Positions 47,895 through 58,814 of a DNA stretch of 64,000 nt are shown here, in pieces. The DNA lies in assembly GCA_963805085.1 (NCBI GenBank), contig CAWDTA010000002.1:1920001-1984000 (forward strand). Reading direction: 5' to 3'. Under the pieces are notes generated by a model, which saw nothing but the letters and a program-made list of their open reading frames with translations, did no database searches and was not told the origin of the DNA. Position 1 is the stretch's first letter, and every line of letters begins with the position of its first letter. Both the position numbers and the translations under genes were made by a program. This stretch comes from an uncultured Veillonellaceae bacterium. GTDB taxonomy: Bacteria > Bacillota > Negativicutes > JARBTT01.

Positions 47895-48929
47895 ATGAAA
47901 GCAAATCATGAAAATACAAAATATATTGATTTGAAAAATCAGCGAAAGAAACTTAGTGAAGTCATTCCTTTAAAGATGCCATTTACTTTGTTTGTTGATC
48001 CGACAAATTGGTGTAATTTTAAATGTTCTTTTTGCCCTAGAAATTTTGATGATTTTTCAACATATGCTGGAGAATTTCAACATATGGACATGATTTTATT
48101 TGAAAAAATTATGAAAGATTTAAAAAAATGTGATGGTAGGTTAAAAGTCTTAAGGCTTTTTTATCTAGGAGAACCGTTTTTGTGTCCAGATTTTTTGCGT
48201 ATGTTGCAAATGGCAATTGAATATGATATTGCCGAGCGAATTGAAATTTCAAGTAATGCAAGTCTTTTAAATTTAAAAATAGCGCAAACAATTCTTGATT
48301 TAGCAAAAATATATAGTGGGATAATTTATTTAAGATTTTCTATTTATTCGATTATATCAGAAAAAAATAAAGAAATTACTAAGTCACCAATAACGGTAGA
48401 AAATATTTGTGAAAATGTATCTACATTAAAACAATTACGTGATACACAAAAAGTAACGAATGTAGTTACTTATGCAAAAATGCTCAATACTTTTGATAAT
48501 GAAAATGAAATGTTTATTGACCTATATAAGAATATCGTCGATGAAGTTGAAATAGAACAGCCAATGAATTGGAGTGGCTATGACAATCGAAATCTCTTGA
48601 ACACTTATAATGAAGAACAAATTGCTTCCATAAGAAAAGAGAATTTGCCGAAGGTGTGTGCATACCCGTTTCATACCTTAGCAATACAATCAAACGGTGA
48701 TGTTGTTTGTTGCTGTGTAGATTGGAGTAGAAAAACATGTGTTGGCAATGTAAAAGATGAAAGCTTACTGCAAATTTGGCATGGTGAACGTTTAAAAAAA
48801 TTACGTGTTTTACATTTAGAGGGAAAACGATTTTTGAATGATGCTTGTAAGAATTGCAATAAATTACCTAGTGGCAAGTCATATAAATTAGACAATTTAG
48901 ATGATGTATTACCTGAAGTTTTAGATTAA
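47895..48929 (+). CDS. Radical SAM protein with SPASM/twitch domain
   Basis: CNFKCSFC, GEP, and C-terminal CAYPF..GDVVCCC..GN..CKNC. Confidence 0.92.
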   Translation: MKANHENTKYIDLKNQRKKLSEVIPLKMPFTLFVDPTNWCNFKCSFCPRNFDDFSTYAGEFQHMDMILFEKIMKDLKKCDGRLKVLRLFYLGEPFLCPDFLRMLQMAIEYDIAERIEISSNASLLNLKIAQTILDLAKIYSGIIYLRFSIYSIISEKNKEITKSPITVENICENVSTLKQLRDTQKVTNVVTYAKMLNTFDNENEMFIDLYKNIVDEVEIEQPMNWSGYDNRNLLNTYNEEQIASIRKENLPKVCAYPFHTLAIQSNGDVVCCCVDWSRKTCVGNVKDESLLQIWHGERLKKLRVLHLEGKRFLNDACKNCNKLPSGKSYKLDNLDDVLPEVLD

Positions 48930-49025
48930 TTTACAAAGGAATTGAATAATTTTTAAAGCTTCAAAAACTGCAAGAAAAGCCAAAGTATACATCAATTTTA
49001 AATAAAATATTAGGAGTATAAAACC

Positions 49026-49712
49026 GTGGAATGTTCATTAGCTAAAAATGAATTAAAAATATATGTTGCAGCACAATTGGAACATTTTTCACCAGATCAA
49101 TATAAATTTAATGGCATAGATGTAGATAAAGCAATGGAATTAGCATTAGAAAGAGTTGAATTTTGTTTTAAACACATTACCGTAGCAGGATATAACAAAA
49201 ATAATATGCCATATTTTTATCATTTACATGCAGATCAATATAGTCAATTTTTATATTATTTATCTAATAGCTTATGGAAACTATCTGAAAATAAAGCTTT
49301 ATGTGATAAATTGATTTATTTGAATCGAGCATTACATAGTATTTGGTTTTCTTACAAAGGGGAGTTGCCTAATATTTTTTTATTAACACATCCTGTAGGC
49401 AGTGTTCTTGGAAATGCAGCTTATTCTGATTTTCTAGTTGTATCTCAAAATGTAACTGTTAATACAAATTTTGATGAAAAAGGCAATAAAGCTCCTATTT
49501 TGGGAAAAGGGTTATTTCTAAGTGCAGGAGCAAAAATTATTGGCAATAAACCGATAGGTGACAGAGTAACTATTGGTATAGATACATGTGTTTTTAAACG
49601 TGAGATTCAATCAGATCATCTTGTATATAAAGATGAAAATGGGAAAATACAAATCAAAGTATGGGAAAGAACAGCAATTGCACAACCTTATTTTAATGTG
49701 AACATATGTTGA
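49026..49712 (+). CDS. Serine-acetyltransferase-like hexapeptide acyltransferase
   Basis: HPVGSVLG, QNVTV, PILG..GAKIIG..IGD left-handed beta-helix pattern. Confidence 0.72.
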   Translation: MECSLAKNELKIYVAAQLEHFSPDQYKFNGIDVDKAMELALERVEFCFKHITVAGYNKNNMPYFYHLHADQYSQFLYYLSNSLWKLSENKALCDKLIYLNRALHSIWFSYKGELPNIFLLTHPVGSVLGNAAYSDFLVVSQNVTVNTNFDEKGNKAPILGKGLFLSAGAKIIGNKPIGDRVTIGIDTCVFKREIQSDHLVYKDENGKIQIKVWERTAIAQPYFNVNIC

Positions 49713-49761
49713 ATATCATTCTTTAGAAAATAAAGAGTCGTCACTAAATAATATATTTGGA

Positions 49762-50187
49762 TTGGTGAAAAAACAGATGAAAAAGATTATTGTTTATGGA
49801 TCCGGATCACAGTACGGTGTAGGTCCAGAAATACTTAAAGTTAGCAGAGTTATAAATAAGCAAAAAGCAGATGTAATCGCGTATTTTGATGAAGAAGATC
49901 AAGTTGGCATGCAGAAAATTCTTTTTGATGGAGCTAAGATGATTTGTAATATAGAAGAAATAAAAGCTCTGGAGTATGACTATATTGTTATTGCATCTTA
50001 TGAATATGATAGAATTACGAAAATGTTAGAGCAGATTGGCGTTCAAGAGCCTAAGATTGTGCAATTTTTTAATTATCATTTTTATCTTATTGATGAGCTT
50101 TTTTATAAAGATAGGCATATAACTGAGATAGGGATTCGTGAATTGTTTAAGGATGTTGCAGCGGCAAGGATGGCGCTGAAATATTGA
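49762..50187 (+). CDS. Small Rossmann-like accessory protein of glycan locus
   Basis: KIIVYGSG..YFD..YDYIVIAS pattern. Confidence 0.6.
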   Translation: MVKKQMKKIIVYGSGSQYGVGPEILKVSRVINKQKADVIAYFDEEDQVGMQKILFDGAKMICNIEEIKALEYDYIVIASYEYDRITKMLEQIGVQEPKIVQFFNYHFYLIDELFYKDRHITEIGIRELFKDVAAARMALKY

Positions 50188-50203
50188 CACAGGAGGATGT
50201 AGC

Positions 50204-52051
50204 ATGAAGTTTCATATAGAAATTTTAAAAAAGCATCTGGCCAATCCAACAACATGTAACTACCAACGGTGTGAAAGTTCATGTACAGTCATAGAAGATG
50301 AAGAGACAATTAGTTTCGCTAAGCGAGAGCTTATGGAAGAAAGCTATAATAAATATACAGGAATTTACATGATATATAATGAATACACGATTTCTAGCAT
50401 TAGAAATTTACTGGATGTTATAAATAAAAAAGGTGCAATGGTATTTTTTTATTACGATAATATAGAAATGTTTTGCGCCTTTTTAAATATGCCGGAAAAT
50501 TGTTTGGCGTTCAAAGAAGATGATAAATTTTTATTGTTTTTTTCAGAAAAGGATATTGAAACATATTTTAATCAAAAAGATTGCCAGTATCCGCGCATAT
50601 ATTTAGATGTACCAAAGAAGATAGAACAAATAATTGTAAATAAAAAAAACGAAGCCATTCTTTTGTTACGACAGCAAGTGGAGGCATATTATCAACAACA
50701 AGATTTAAAGATTCTAAGAAGTAACCTTAGAGTTCTAATCTGTTCAGATTTGTTTAATATGGGAACAGTCGGCTGTATGGTGAAGAACTATGAAGATGCA
50801 TTTATTTCGGCGGGGATTGAATATAAACTTACAGTAGAGGACTATACGAGATTTCATTATTATGAAGAAATCTATTTTCTAAGGGAGGTCATAGAGTATA
50901 GACCTTCCGTGGTTGTGGGAATGAATGTATCTTATGCCAGTTTTCCATATTACATATCGCCACGTTTGCCGATTATCTCGCAGATTGATTCAGGACAATA
51001 TGCAGCGAATGAAGATTGTTATCGAAATAATGGTCGCTATACTGTATTCTTGCTGCCGTTTGTAACTTTGGAAAATGTACATTCAAAAGAATTTATTCAT
51101 TCAGAAGTTTTTGAAAATAAAGCGATTACAGTACCATTTGTTGCTGACCATGAAGTATATAAACAATATACTCTTAGTGAGAAAGAAAAGAAGCAATATT
51201 GCTCAGAGGTTTGTTTTATAGGAAATTCTACAACTTCAAGAGACGTTTTATATAAAGATATTGTAAACACACATGAGCGATTTTTTATGAAAGGGAGGGA
51301 AACGGAAAAAAAGCAAGAGTATCAAAAATTCATGAAAGAGATAGTTGATGAATGTTTTGAGCTCACTGATGAACAAGGGACTTTTTTAGGCTATAATGGA
51401 TTTTTTGAAAAATATATGCTTGAAAAGTTTTATGAAATAAATTGTTTTTGGGGGAACTTAGAGAAAAATCAATTTTATAAATTTATTGTTACGATGGAGC
51501 TGTATTTATTAGCACCTATTTATCGAATTTGTATAATGGATTGGGTACTTAAGCGTGAGTTTAATACCAAAATATTTGGTATGAGATGGAGCAATGATGA
51601 AAAATATAATAGACTTTGGCAGGGCGAGATACCAAATGGAAAAGAGCTGTCTAAAGTTTATAATGCAAGTAAAATAGTACTTCATTCTAACATAGTTCAT
51701 GGCGTACATAGAAGATTTTTTGAAGCAAGTTTAAGTGGTTGTTTATGCATTTGTCCACGTCCTGAAAAAACAATAAATTTGTCGGGGTTAAACACTTATT
51801 TTAGAGAAGATGAAGAAGTCGTTTATTTTGATAATAAGCAAGAGTTATATAGAAAAATAGAATATTATCTGAAACATGATGACGAGAGAAAAAAAATCGT
51901 TAGTAATTGTCAACGTGTAATCAATGAAAAGAAATTATATGCTAGAGATGTTCTGTCGCAGGCAATATACAAGGCAGTAGGCCAAATTGAAAAGGAAGCT
52001 AGCAGAGAGGAAAATGTTTGTGAAAATACTAATTGTAGTACCAAAGCTTAA
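50204..52051 (+). CDS. Glycosyltransferase with C-terminal Glyco_trans_1_2 (CgeB-like) domain
   Basis: VCFIG, IFGMRW, VYNASKIVL, RFFEA..G, KIEYYLKHDDERKKI. Confidence 0.78.
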   Translation: MKFHIEILKKHLANPTTCNYQRCESSCTVIEDEETISFAKRELMEESYNKYTGIYMIYNEYTISSIRNLLDVINKKGAMVFFYYDNIEMFCAFLNMPENCLAFKEDDKFLLFFSEKDIETYFNQKDCQYPRIYLDVPKKIEQIIVNKKNEAILLLRQQVEAYYQQQDLKILRSNLRVLICSDLFNMGTVGCMVKNYEDAFISAGIEYKLTVEDYTRFHYYEEIYFLREVIEYRPSVVVGMNVSYASFPYYISPRLPIISQIDSGQYAANEDCYRNNGRYTVFLLPFVTLENVHSKEFIHSEVFENKAITVPFVADHEVYKQYTLSEKEKKQYCSEVCFIGNSTTSRDVLYKDIVNTHERFFMKGRETEKKQEYQKFMKEIVDECFELTDEQGTFLGYNGFFEKYMLEKFYEINCFWGNLEKNQFYKFIVTMELYLLAPIYRICIMDWVLKREFNTKIFGMRWSNDEKYNRLWQGEIPNGKELSKVYNASKIVLHSNIVHGVHRRFFEASLSGCLCICPRPEKTINLSGLNTYFREDEEVVYFDNKQELYRKIEYYLKHDDERKKIVSNCQRVINEKKLYARDVLSQAIYKAVGQIEKEASREENVCENTNCSTKA

Positions 52052-53933
52052 CAGCGAAATGAGACCGCAATACAATTTCTCGGTTGGATTGGCAAGCATC
52101 AAAAGTGTTTTGCGACAAAGAGGATATGAGATAATGGCTCTAAATTTAAACCATATTTCGCAAGAAAGAGAAGTTTTAACGAGTTATATATTAGAAAACA
52201 AAGTGGATGTGGTTATGACTGGCGGTTTGACAGCTCATTACAATATTATTAAGGATATATTTAAAGTTGCAAAGTCTGTAAATAAAAAAATCATTACAAT
52301 TGGCGGCGGTGGTGGTTTTACGTCGGAGCCGATTCTTTTTGCAGAAATGGCCGAGGTGGATTATGCGTGTTTAGGAGAAGGGGAAGTCACAGTTTGTGAA
52401 TTGGTGGATGCAATCATACATAAAAAAGATATTTCTACGATTCAAGGGATTGTATATAAAAATGAGTATGGTCAATATATACAAAATCAGGATAGACCGG
52501 TTATAGAGGATATAAATGCGTTGCCTTTCCCAGATTATGAAGGTTTTGATATGGATAAATATTTAGAAGAGCAGACACCTTACGATTATTATTTCACTTA
52601 TATCCATGATGAACCGAGAATGTTTCCTATTTTTATGGGAAGGTCTTGTCCTTATCAATGTAATTTTTGCTTTCATCCGTTAGGAAATAAGTATAGACAA
52701 AGATCACTTGAAAATTTTTTTGCAGAGTTGGATTCAATTTTAGCAAAATACCAAGTGAATTCTTTAGCTATTTTTGATGAACTATTCAGCTTAGAAGAAA
52801 AAAGAATTTTCGAGTTTTGTAAAAGAATAAAGGCGTATGGATTAAAATGGACCGTGCAAATGAGAGTTAATATCATTAACAAACAACTGCTAGAGATAAT
52901 GAGAGAGGCTGGCTGTTTTAACATTAGTTATGGGCTTGAAAGCATAAATGATAAAGTCTTAAAAAATATGAAAAAGAAGATAAAAAAAGAAGAAATTGAA
53001 CGAGCATTGGAATTGACCTATCAGTGTGGAATTGGAATTCAAGGGAATTTCATATTCGGTGATGAAGAAGAAGATATGGACACTTTTAGTGAAACACTGA
53101 ACTGGTGGAAAGAGCATCGGAAATATCAAATTAATTTAGCATTTATTGAAACTTATCCAGGAACACAATTATATAAAAACGCAGTAAAAAAAGGTCTAAT
53201 TGCAGATAGAAAGAAATTTATTGAAAAAAATTGCCCTGTTATTAATCTGACGAAGCAACCGGAATTTGTATTTCAAAAAATGCAGTCTATTGTAGCGTTA
53301 GCTGAATTCCATGATTATGAGGCTGTAGGCAAAGTAATAAACATTGAACAGAATTCTTTGAATCCTGATTTTGTTACTGCAGCTTTTAAATGTTATCATT
53401 GCAATGAAATTAGTACAATAAAACGTATTTCTGCTAAACGAATCTATTCCAATCATTTTAAAATATGTTGCCGACATTGCAACCAGAAAAGCGTTTATGA
53501 TACACGAGCTTATTTTAATATTAGAGATTCGGATTTTAAATATAAGATGTATTTTACTCTATTGCGGCAATGGATGACTTCTCAAAAATGGAATGAGGGA
53601 GTATTTGAAAATTATTTCAAGGCTAATGATATCACTACAGTGGCAATTTTCTTTGAGGAAGAGTTTGGTCCTATATTTTATGAAGAAATAGAAAAGATGG
53701 ATATTGAAATTTTGTTTATTATAGATCAAGAAGCTGATAATAGATATCGACCTATAGTGGAAAATATTCCAATTATTAAGCTTGATGGTCTCGAAAAAAG
53801 AGAAAAGGTTGATGTAGTTATTGTAACTGAAATATTTGATTTTAAGAAAAAGTGGCAAGAGCTAAATTCAGCTGGGTATAAAGGACGTATTGTTTCATTA
53901 GAAGACATCATATTTGGTATCGGTATGCAATAG
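52014..53933 (+). CDS. Cobalamin-dependent radical SAM enzyme (class B-like) with C-terminal extension
   Basis: B12-binding N-terminus (GLASI, GEGE), RSCPYQCNFC, GLES, YPGT; extra CYHC..CRHC and Rossmann-like tail. Confidence 0.9.
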   Translation: MFVKILIVVPKLNSEMRPQYNFSVGLASIKSVLRQRGYEIMALNLNHISQEREVLTSYILENKVDVVMTGGLTAHYNIIKDIFKVAKSVNKKIITIGGGGGFTSEPILFAEMAEVDYACLGEGEVTVCELVDAIIHKKDISTIQGIVYKNEYGQYIQNQDRPVIEDINALPFPDYEGFDMDKYLEEQTPYDYYFTYIHDEPRMFPIFMGRSCPYQCNFCFHPLGNKYRQRSLENFFAELDSILAKYQVNSLAIFDELFSLEEKRIFEFCKRIKAYGLKWTVQMRVNIINKQLLEIMREAGCFNISYGLESINDKVLKNMKKKIKKEEIERALELTYQCGIGIQGNFIFGDEEEDMDTFSETLNWWKEHRKYQINLAFIETYPGTQLYKNAVKKGLIADRKKFIEKNCPVINLTKQPEFVFQKMQSIVALAEFHDYEAVGKVINIEQNSLNPDFVTAAFKCYHCNEISTIKRISAKRIYSNHFKICCRHCNQKSVYDTRAYFNIRDSDFKYKMYFTLLRQWMTSQKWNEGVFENYFKANDITTVAIFFEEEFGPIFYEEIEKMDIEILFIIDQEADNRYRPIVENIPIIKLDGLEKREKVDVVIVTEIFDFKKKWQELNSAGYKGRIVSLEDIIFGIGMQ

Positions 53934-54032
53934 ATTTTGATAAGTTTGGAAATATGGATTAGAAATTGATAATAAAAGTAAGAAATCAAGATTTTTAGTT
54001 AAGAATAATGCAAAGTAATTTTTAGGGGGGAA

Positions 54033-55019
54033 ATGATGAAATCTTTGGTAACAGGTGGATGTGGGTTTATTGGATCGCATATGGTGGATAGGTTGTTAAA
54101 AGAAGGTCATGAGGTTATTGTAATTGACAATTGTAGTACGGGGAGACTGGGACATTTATCACATCATAAGGAAAATAGAAATTTGACCATTATACAAGCT
54201 GATATTTGTGATTATAAGCAAATTGAGCCTGTTTTTGAGAATGTTGATTGGGTATTTCATATGGCAGCTTTGGCAGATATTGTGCCATCTATTCAGAATC
54301 CTGCAACATATTTTCATGCGAACGTTGATGGTACTTTTTCTGTATTACAGGCAGCAAAAGCTAGTAATGTAAAAAGATTTATGTATACCGCATCCTCTTC
54401 TTGTTATGGAATTCCAGAAGCTTATCCAACCAAAGAAGATGCTGCTATTAGACCTGAATATCCGTATGCACTGACAAAACGTATGGGCGAAGAATTGGCA
54501 TTACATTGGGCGCAAGTATATAAATTGCCTGTGGTATCGTTGCGATTGTTTAATGTATATGGTACACGATCAAGAACTTCTGGAACATATGGTGCAGTAC
54601 TTGGTGTCTTTTTAGGACAAAAATTAGCCGGTAAACCATATACAATTGTTGGAGATGGCAAACAGACCCGTGACTTTACTTACGTTACAGATATTGTAGA
54701 TGCATTTTTCACAGTGGCTAAGTCAGATGTGGCAAATGAAGTATTTAATATTGGTAGTAATCACACATATTCGATAAATCGTCTTGTTGAACTTTTAGAA
54801 GGGGAGAAGGTGTATATCCCAAAACGCCCAGGAGAGCCAGATTGCACATTTGCCGACACAAGTAAGGTTAAAAATATGTTAAACTGGACACCAAAAATAA
54901 CGTTAGAGGAAGGCGTAAAAAATATTTTAGTGAACATAGAGTATTGGCGAAAAGCACCTGTGTGGACACCAGAAACAATTCAAGAAGCAACAGTAGATTG
55001 GTTTAAGTTTTTAGGATAA
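54033..55019 (+). CDS. NAD-dependent nucleotide-sugar epimerase/dehydratase
   Basis: TGGCGFIGSH, ASSSCYG, YALTK, RLFNVYG, GDGKQTRDF. Confidence 0.92.
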   Translation: MMKSLVTGGCGFIGSHMVDRLLKEGHEVIVIDNCSTGRLGHLSHHKENRNLTIIQADICDYKQIEPVFENVDWVFHMAALADIVPSIQNPATYFHANVDGTFSVLQAAKASNVKRFMYTASSSCYGIPEAYPTKEDAAIRPEYPYALTKRMGEELALHWAQVYKLPVVSLRLFNVYGTRSRTSGTYGAVLGVFLGQKLAGKPYTIVGDGKQTRDFTYVTDIVDAFFTVAKSDVANEVFNIGSNHTYSINRLVELLEGEKVYIPKRPGEPDCTFADTSKVKNMLNWTPKITLEEGVKNILVNIEYWRKAPVWTPETIQEATVDWFKFLG

Positions 55020-55033
55020 TAAGGCGGTATGTT

Positions 55034-56581
55034 ATGAAAAATGAAAAAATTATATTAAAAGAAAAATTTTTTTCATTAAGAAAAGAAATGCATGAAAAAA
55101 AGCAACGAGTAGTGCTTTGTCATGGGGTATATGATTTACTGCATTATGGACATATTGAGCATTTGAAAGAAGCTAAATCGAAAGGCGATATATTGGTTGT
55201 CTCTGTAACTGCTGGGCGTTTTGTGAATAAAGGACCAGGACGACCGTATTTTAGTGATCAGCAGAGAATGGAGTTTTTGGCGAGCTTAGAACTTGTTGAT
55301 TACGTCTTACTTAGTGAAGATATAACCGTACATGAAATTGTACGATTCGTTCGACCGGATATTTATGTAAAAGGGCAAGAGTATGAAAATGCACAGAATG
55401 ATATTACTGGAAATATTGATAGTGAACAGGCTGTAGTAGAAGAATATGGCGGAAAAATCTATTTTACTAAAGGAAAAGTATTTAGTTCTACTAAGCTATT
55501 AAATAATTATTTTAATGCTTTACCAGATGGAGTAGAGGCTGTCTCACAGCAATTAAAAGATAAATATGGAAATAACATTAGTGAGAAAATGCGAGGAGAT
55601 ATTGAGAAGTTTAAAAATTTAAAAGTATTGGTTGTTGGTGATGTCATTATTGATGATTATGTTTTTTGTAAAGTGCAAGGTTTGACAGGGAAAGACGGGA
55701 TTCTATCTACTCGTTACGATTTTGAGGAACGCTATGCTGGAGGATCGTTGGCAATAGCAAAGCATATTGCCAATTTTTCTGACAACGTAGGTTTATGCTC
55801 TATGATAGGAATGGAGCATGAATTTTATCCGTACATAGAAAATGCATTGCAAAAAATTTCGCTTGAGATAGTCAAAGAAGCGGGCTTTATTACACCGGTA
55901 AAACGACGATTCTTAAAATTACATCCTCAAAGACAGGAATATGATAAACTTTTTTCAATTAATATGTTATTGAATGATAAGCAAGTTAATCAAGTGAATT
56001 ATGATCATTTTTATAAAAAATTAGAGAATATCATTGAGGATTATGATCTTGTTGTGGTTTGTGATTATGGGCATGGTTTGATAACGAAAGAAGCGATAGG
56101 TATATTGGAAAGTAAAGCAAAATTTTTGGCAATTAATTGTCAAACTAATTCTGCAAATTATGGTATGAATCTTATTACGAAATACAAACGGGCAGACATG
56201 TTTGTTGTAGATGAAAGAGAATTAAGATTAGCTTTTCAACAATCTTTAACGGAGCGGGACGTATTATTAAAAAAATTAGTACAACATTTTGAATCTTTCT
56301 ATGGAGGGTGGGTAACAGTCGGAGCGGAGGGTGCTATTGGATATAAAGAGAGTGAACAGCTGAAAATTCCGGCAGTTACGTTACATGTAAAAGATACGGT
56401 TGGAGCAGGAGATGCTTTTTACGCATTGGCAGCTTTATGTGCAGTAAATAATTTTCCAATAGATATTGCAACCTTAATAAGTAATACAGCTGGAGCAATT
56501 AAGACAAATTTAGTAGGAAATTCAAAATCTGTTGAAAAAGTAGATTTATTGAAATTTTTAAGTACGATATTAAATGTATAG
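55034..56581 (+). CDS. Bifunctional nucleotidyltransferase + PfkB kinase (HldE-like, reversed domain order)
   Basis: N-terminal HGVYDLLHYGH, KGPGRP, YVKG; C-terminal VVGDVIID, DYGHG, DTVGAGD. Confidence 0.88.
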   Translation: MKNEKIILKEKFFSLRKEMHEKKQRVVLCHGVYDLLHYGHIEHLKEAKSKGDILVVSVTAGRFVNKGPGRPYFSDQQRMEFLASLELVDYVLLSEDITVHEIVRFVRPDIYVKGQEYENAQNDITGNIDSEQAVVEEYGGKIYFTKGKVFSSTKLLNNYFNALPDGVEAVSQQLKDKYGNNISEKMRGDIEKFKNLKVLVVGDVIIDDYVFCKVQGLTGKDGILSTRYDFEERYAGGSLAIAKHIANFSDNVGLCSMIGMEHEFYPYIENALQKISLEIVKEAGFITPVKRRFLKLHPQRQEYDKLFSINMLLNDKQVNQVNYDHFYKKLENIIEDYDLVVVCDYGHGLITKEAIGILESKAKFLAINCQTNSANYGMNLITKYKRADMFVVDERELRLAFQQSLTERDVLLKKLVQHFESFYGGWVTVGAEGAIGYKESEQLKIPAVTLHVKDTVGAGDAFYALAALCAVNNFPIDIATLISNTAGAIKTNLVGNSKSVEKVDLLKFLSTILNV

Positions 56582-56596
56582 AGAGGGAACCATTAC

Positions 56597-57715
56597 ATGA
56601 TTAGAATTGGAAATCTTTCTCAAGAAATCGAAAAAGGAATTTTTCAAAGTAAAAAAATAATTGTTTTAGGTGCTGGAAAAGATGGCAAGGAAGCTTGTAA
56701 AAATTTAGTACAACATGGAATTGAAGTAAAATGTTTTGTAGATGAAGATGAGAAAAAATGGGGAAGAGAGTATTTAAAAGTTGGTGTGGAGTCTCCTCAT
56801 AAAATGTCTTTATTAGAAAAGCAAGAATATTGTTTTTTATTGTGTATAGGAGTAATAAGTTTTTTAGATGATAAAAAAATCATACAAAATGCGTTTGTTA
56901 AAAAAATGGAATTGGAAGATGCATCTAATTTAATAATTTTAGATCGCAGTCAATCAATTCATTCCACATTTATGAGATGCTTAAAAAAAGATGGTGTTTT
57001 GACAGATGAAGAAGTATTGGATTTAAATGGAATAAAAATACCTAATTTTCTTACTGGTTTCAATGAAAAAATAATGAAGGTGTTTTTAACAGAATGTTGT
57101 GATTTAATATTGCCATATATTTTTAATGAATATTCTGAAGTGGATGAGGGGCCATATGAGGAAGGTAATTTTCAAGTAGAATCAGGAGACATCGTTTTTG
57201 ATTGTGGAGCAAATTTAGGATTGTTTTCAGCAATTGTTGCCAATAGAGCTAGTAAGGTGTTTGCTTTTGAGCCAATACCGAACTCTATTGCATTATTAAA
57301 GCAAACACAACGACTATATAAAAATATTAATATTTGTAATGTAGCTGTTTCTGATACGATAGGAAAAGTACAGATGGTGAGTGAAGAAAGCTTAGGGCAA
57401 AATAGAATTGTTAGATCTACATTAGATTTGTCTGCGAATTTGATAGATGTGGCAAGCACAACCATTGATGATTTTGTAAGAGAAAATAATATTGAACGGG
57501 TAGATTTTATAAAAGCTGATATAGAAGGAGCTGAGAGAAAACTATTAAAAGGAGCCAAAAAAGTTTTGAAAGAATTTGCACCTAGATTAGTATTGTGTAC
57601 ATATCATTTAGACGATGATCCAATTGTTTTAGAAAAATTGATAAAGGAAGCAAATTCTAACTATATTGTTGAGCATAAATATAAGAAATTATATGCGTAC
57701 GTAAAGTCTTTATAA
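56597..57715 (+). CDS. FkbM-family methyltransferase
   Basis: VFDCGANLG, FAFEP, TIDDF, FIKADIEGAE. Confidence 0.9.
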   Translation: MIRIGNLSQEIEKGIFQSKKIIVLGAGKDGKEACKNLVQHGIEVKCFVDEDEKKWGREYLKVGVESPHKMSLLEKQEYCFLLCIGVISFLDDKKIIQNAFVKKMELEDASNLIILDRSQSIHSTFMRCLKKDGVLTDEEVLDLNGIKIPNFLTGFNEKIMKVFLTECCDLILPYIFNEYSEVDEGPYEEGNFQVESGDIVFDCGANLGLFSAIVANRASKVFAFEPIPNSIALLKQTQRLYKNINICNVAVSDTIGKVQMVSEESLGQNRIVRSTLDLSANLIDVASTTIDDFVRENNIERVDFIKADIEGAERKLLKGAKKVLKEFAPRLVLCTYHLDDDPIVLEKLIKEANSNYIVEHKYKKLYAYVKSL

Positions 57716-57737
57716 AATGCTTATAGAGGAGAAAGCT

Positions 57738-58799
57738 ATGGCAGATGAAATTAGAATGGATTCACATAAACTAATCTTTCATCCAGATAGAGTAAGTCGA
57801 TGGCAGAAGGATGAATTGATTTATCCAATAGAGATGGAGATTGGTCTTAGTGGGGCGTGTAACCATCGGTGCATTTTTTGCGCAGTAGATTATATGGAAT
57901 ATCAGCCGCAAATTTTAAATTCAGATGTATTGCTAAAAAATTTAAAAGATTTAGGTCAAAAAGGATTAAAGAGTATTATTTATGCAGGTGAAGGAGAACC
58001 ATTATTAAACATAAATGCTGGCTTGATTTTTAATAAAACAAAAGAATATGGAATTGATGTTGCAGTTTCAACCAATGGGGTTTTGCTTACAAAAGAATTA
58101 TCCGAGTACTGTTTGGATGCGTTATCGTGGATTCGTTTTAGTGTAGCTGGCGCTACTGATGCGACTTATGAAAAAATTCATCAATCTAAATCAGGTGATT
58201 TACAGAAGGTATTAAGAAATTTAGAAGCAGCTGTAAAAATAAAAAAAGATAAAAATTTACAAATAACATTAGGCGTACAATTATTATTATTGCCAGAAAA
58301 TAAGCATGAAGTCGTTTCTTTAGCAAAAATTATGCGAGAAATTGGTGTAGACTATTTTACGGTAAAACCATTTTCGCAACATCCACAAAGTAAGGCAAAA
58401 TTACAAGTGGATTATTCGGAAAGTGCAGAAATCGGCAATGAATTAAGTAATTATCAAACAGAAAATTTCAAAATTTATTTTCGATCGAAGTCTATTGAAA
58501 ATTTAGTATGTGAGAAGCCATATGATAAATGTCGTGGATTGCATTTTATGACGTACATGGATGCCACAGGGAATGTTTTTCCGTGTATTGTATTTATGGG
58601 AAAAGAAGAATTTATTTATGGAAATATAAACAAACAAGATTTTGTTGAGTTTTGGGAAAATGATCGAGCGAAAAGAATAAGAAATATATTTGATGAAGGC
58701 TTTATAAAGAAAAATTGTCGAAAAACTTGTCGATTGGATGAGATAAATAAATATTTACATGAACTAGAACATCCAAGTAGTCATGTTAATTTTATATGA
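57738..58799 (+). CDS. Radical SAM/SPASM protein
   Basis: CNHRCIFC, GEGEP, TNG; C-terminal C..GNVFPC..GNI..CRKTC; ends HVNFI. Confidence 0.92.
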   Translation: MADEIRMDSHKLIFHPDRVSRWQKDELIYPIEMEIGLSGACNHRCIFCAVDYMEYQPQILNSDVLLKNLKDLGQKGLKSIIYAGEGEPLLNINAGLIFNKTKEYGIDVAVSTNGVLLTKELSEYCLDALSWIRFSVAGATDATYEKIHQSKSGDLQKVLRNLEAAVKIKKDKNLQITLGVQLLLLPENKHEVVSLAKIMREIGVDYFTVKPFSQHPQSKAKLQVDYSESAEIGNELSNYQTENFKIYFRSKSIENLVCEKPYDKCRGLHFMTYMDATGNVFPCIVFMGKEEFIYGNINKQDFVEFWENDRAKRIRNIFDEGFIKKNCRKTCRLDEINKYLHELEHPSSHVNFI

Positions 58800-58814
58800 A
58801 AAGGAGCTTATGCT

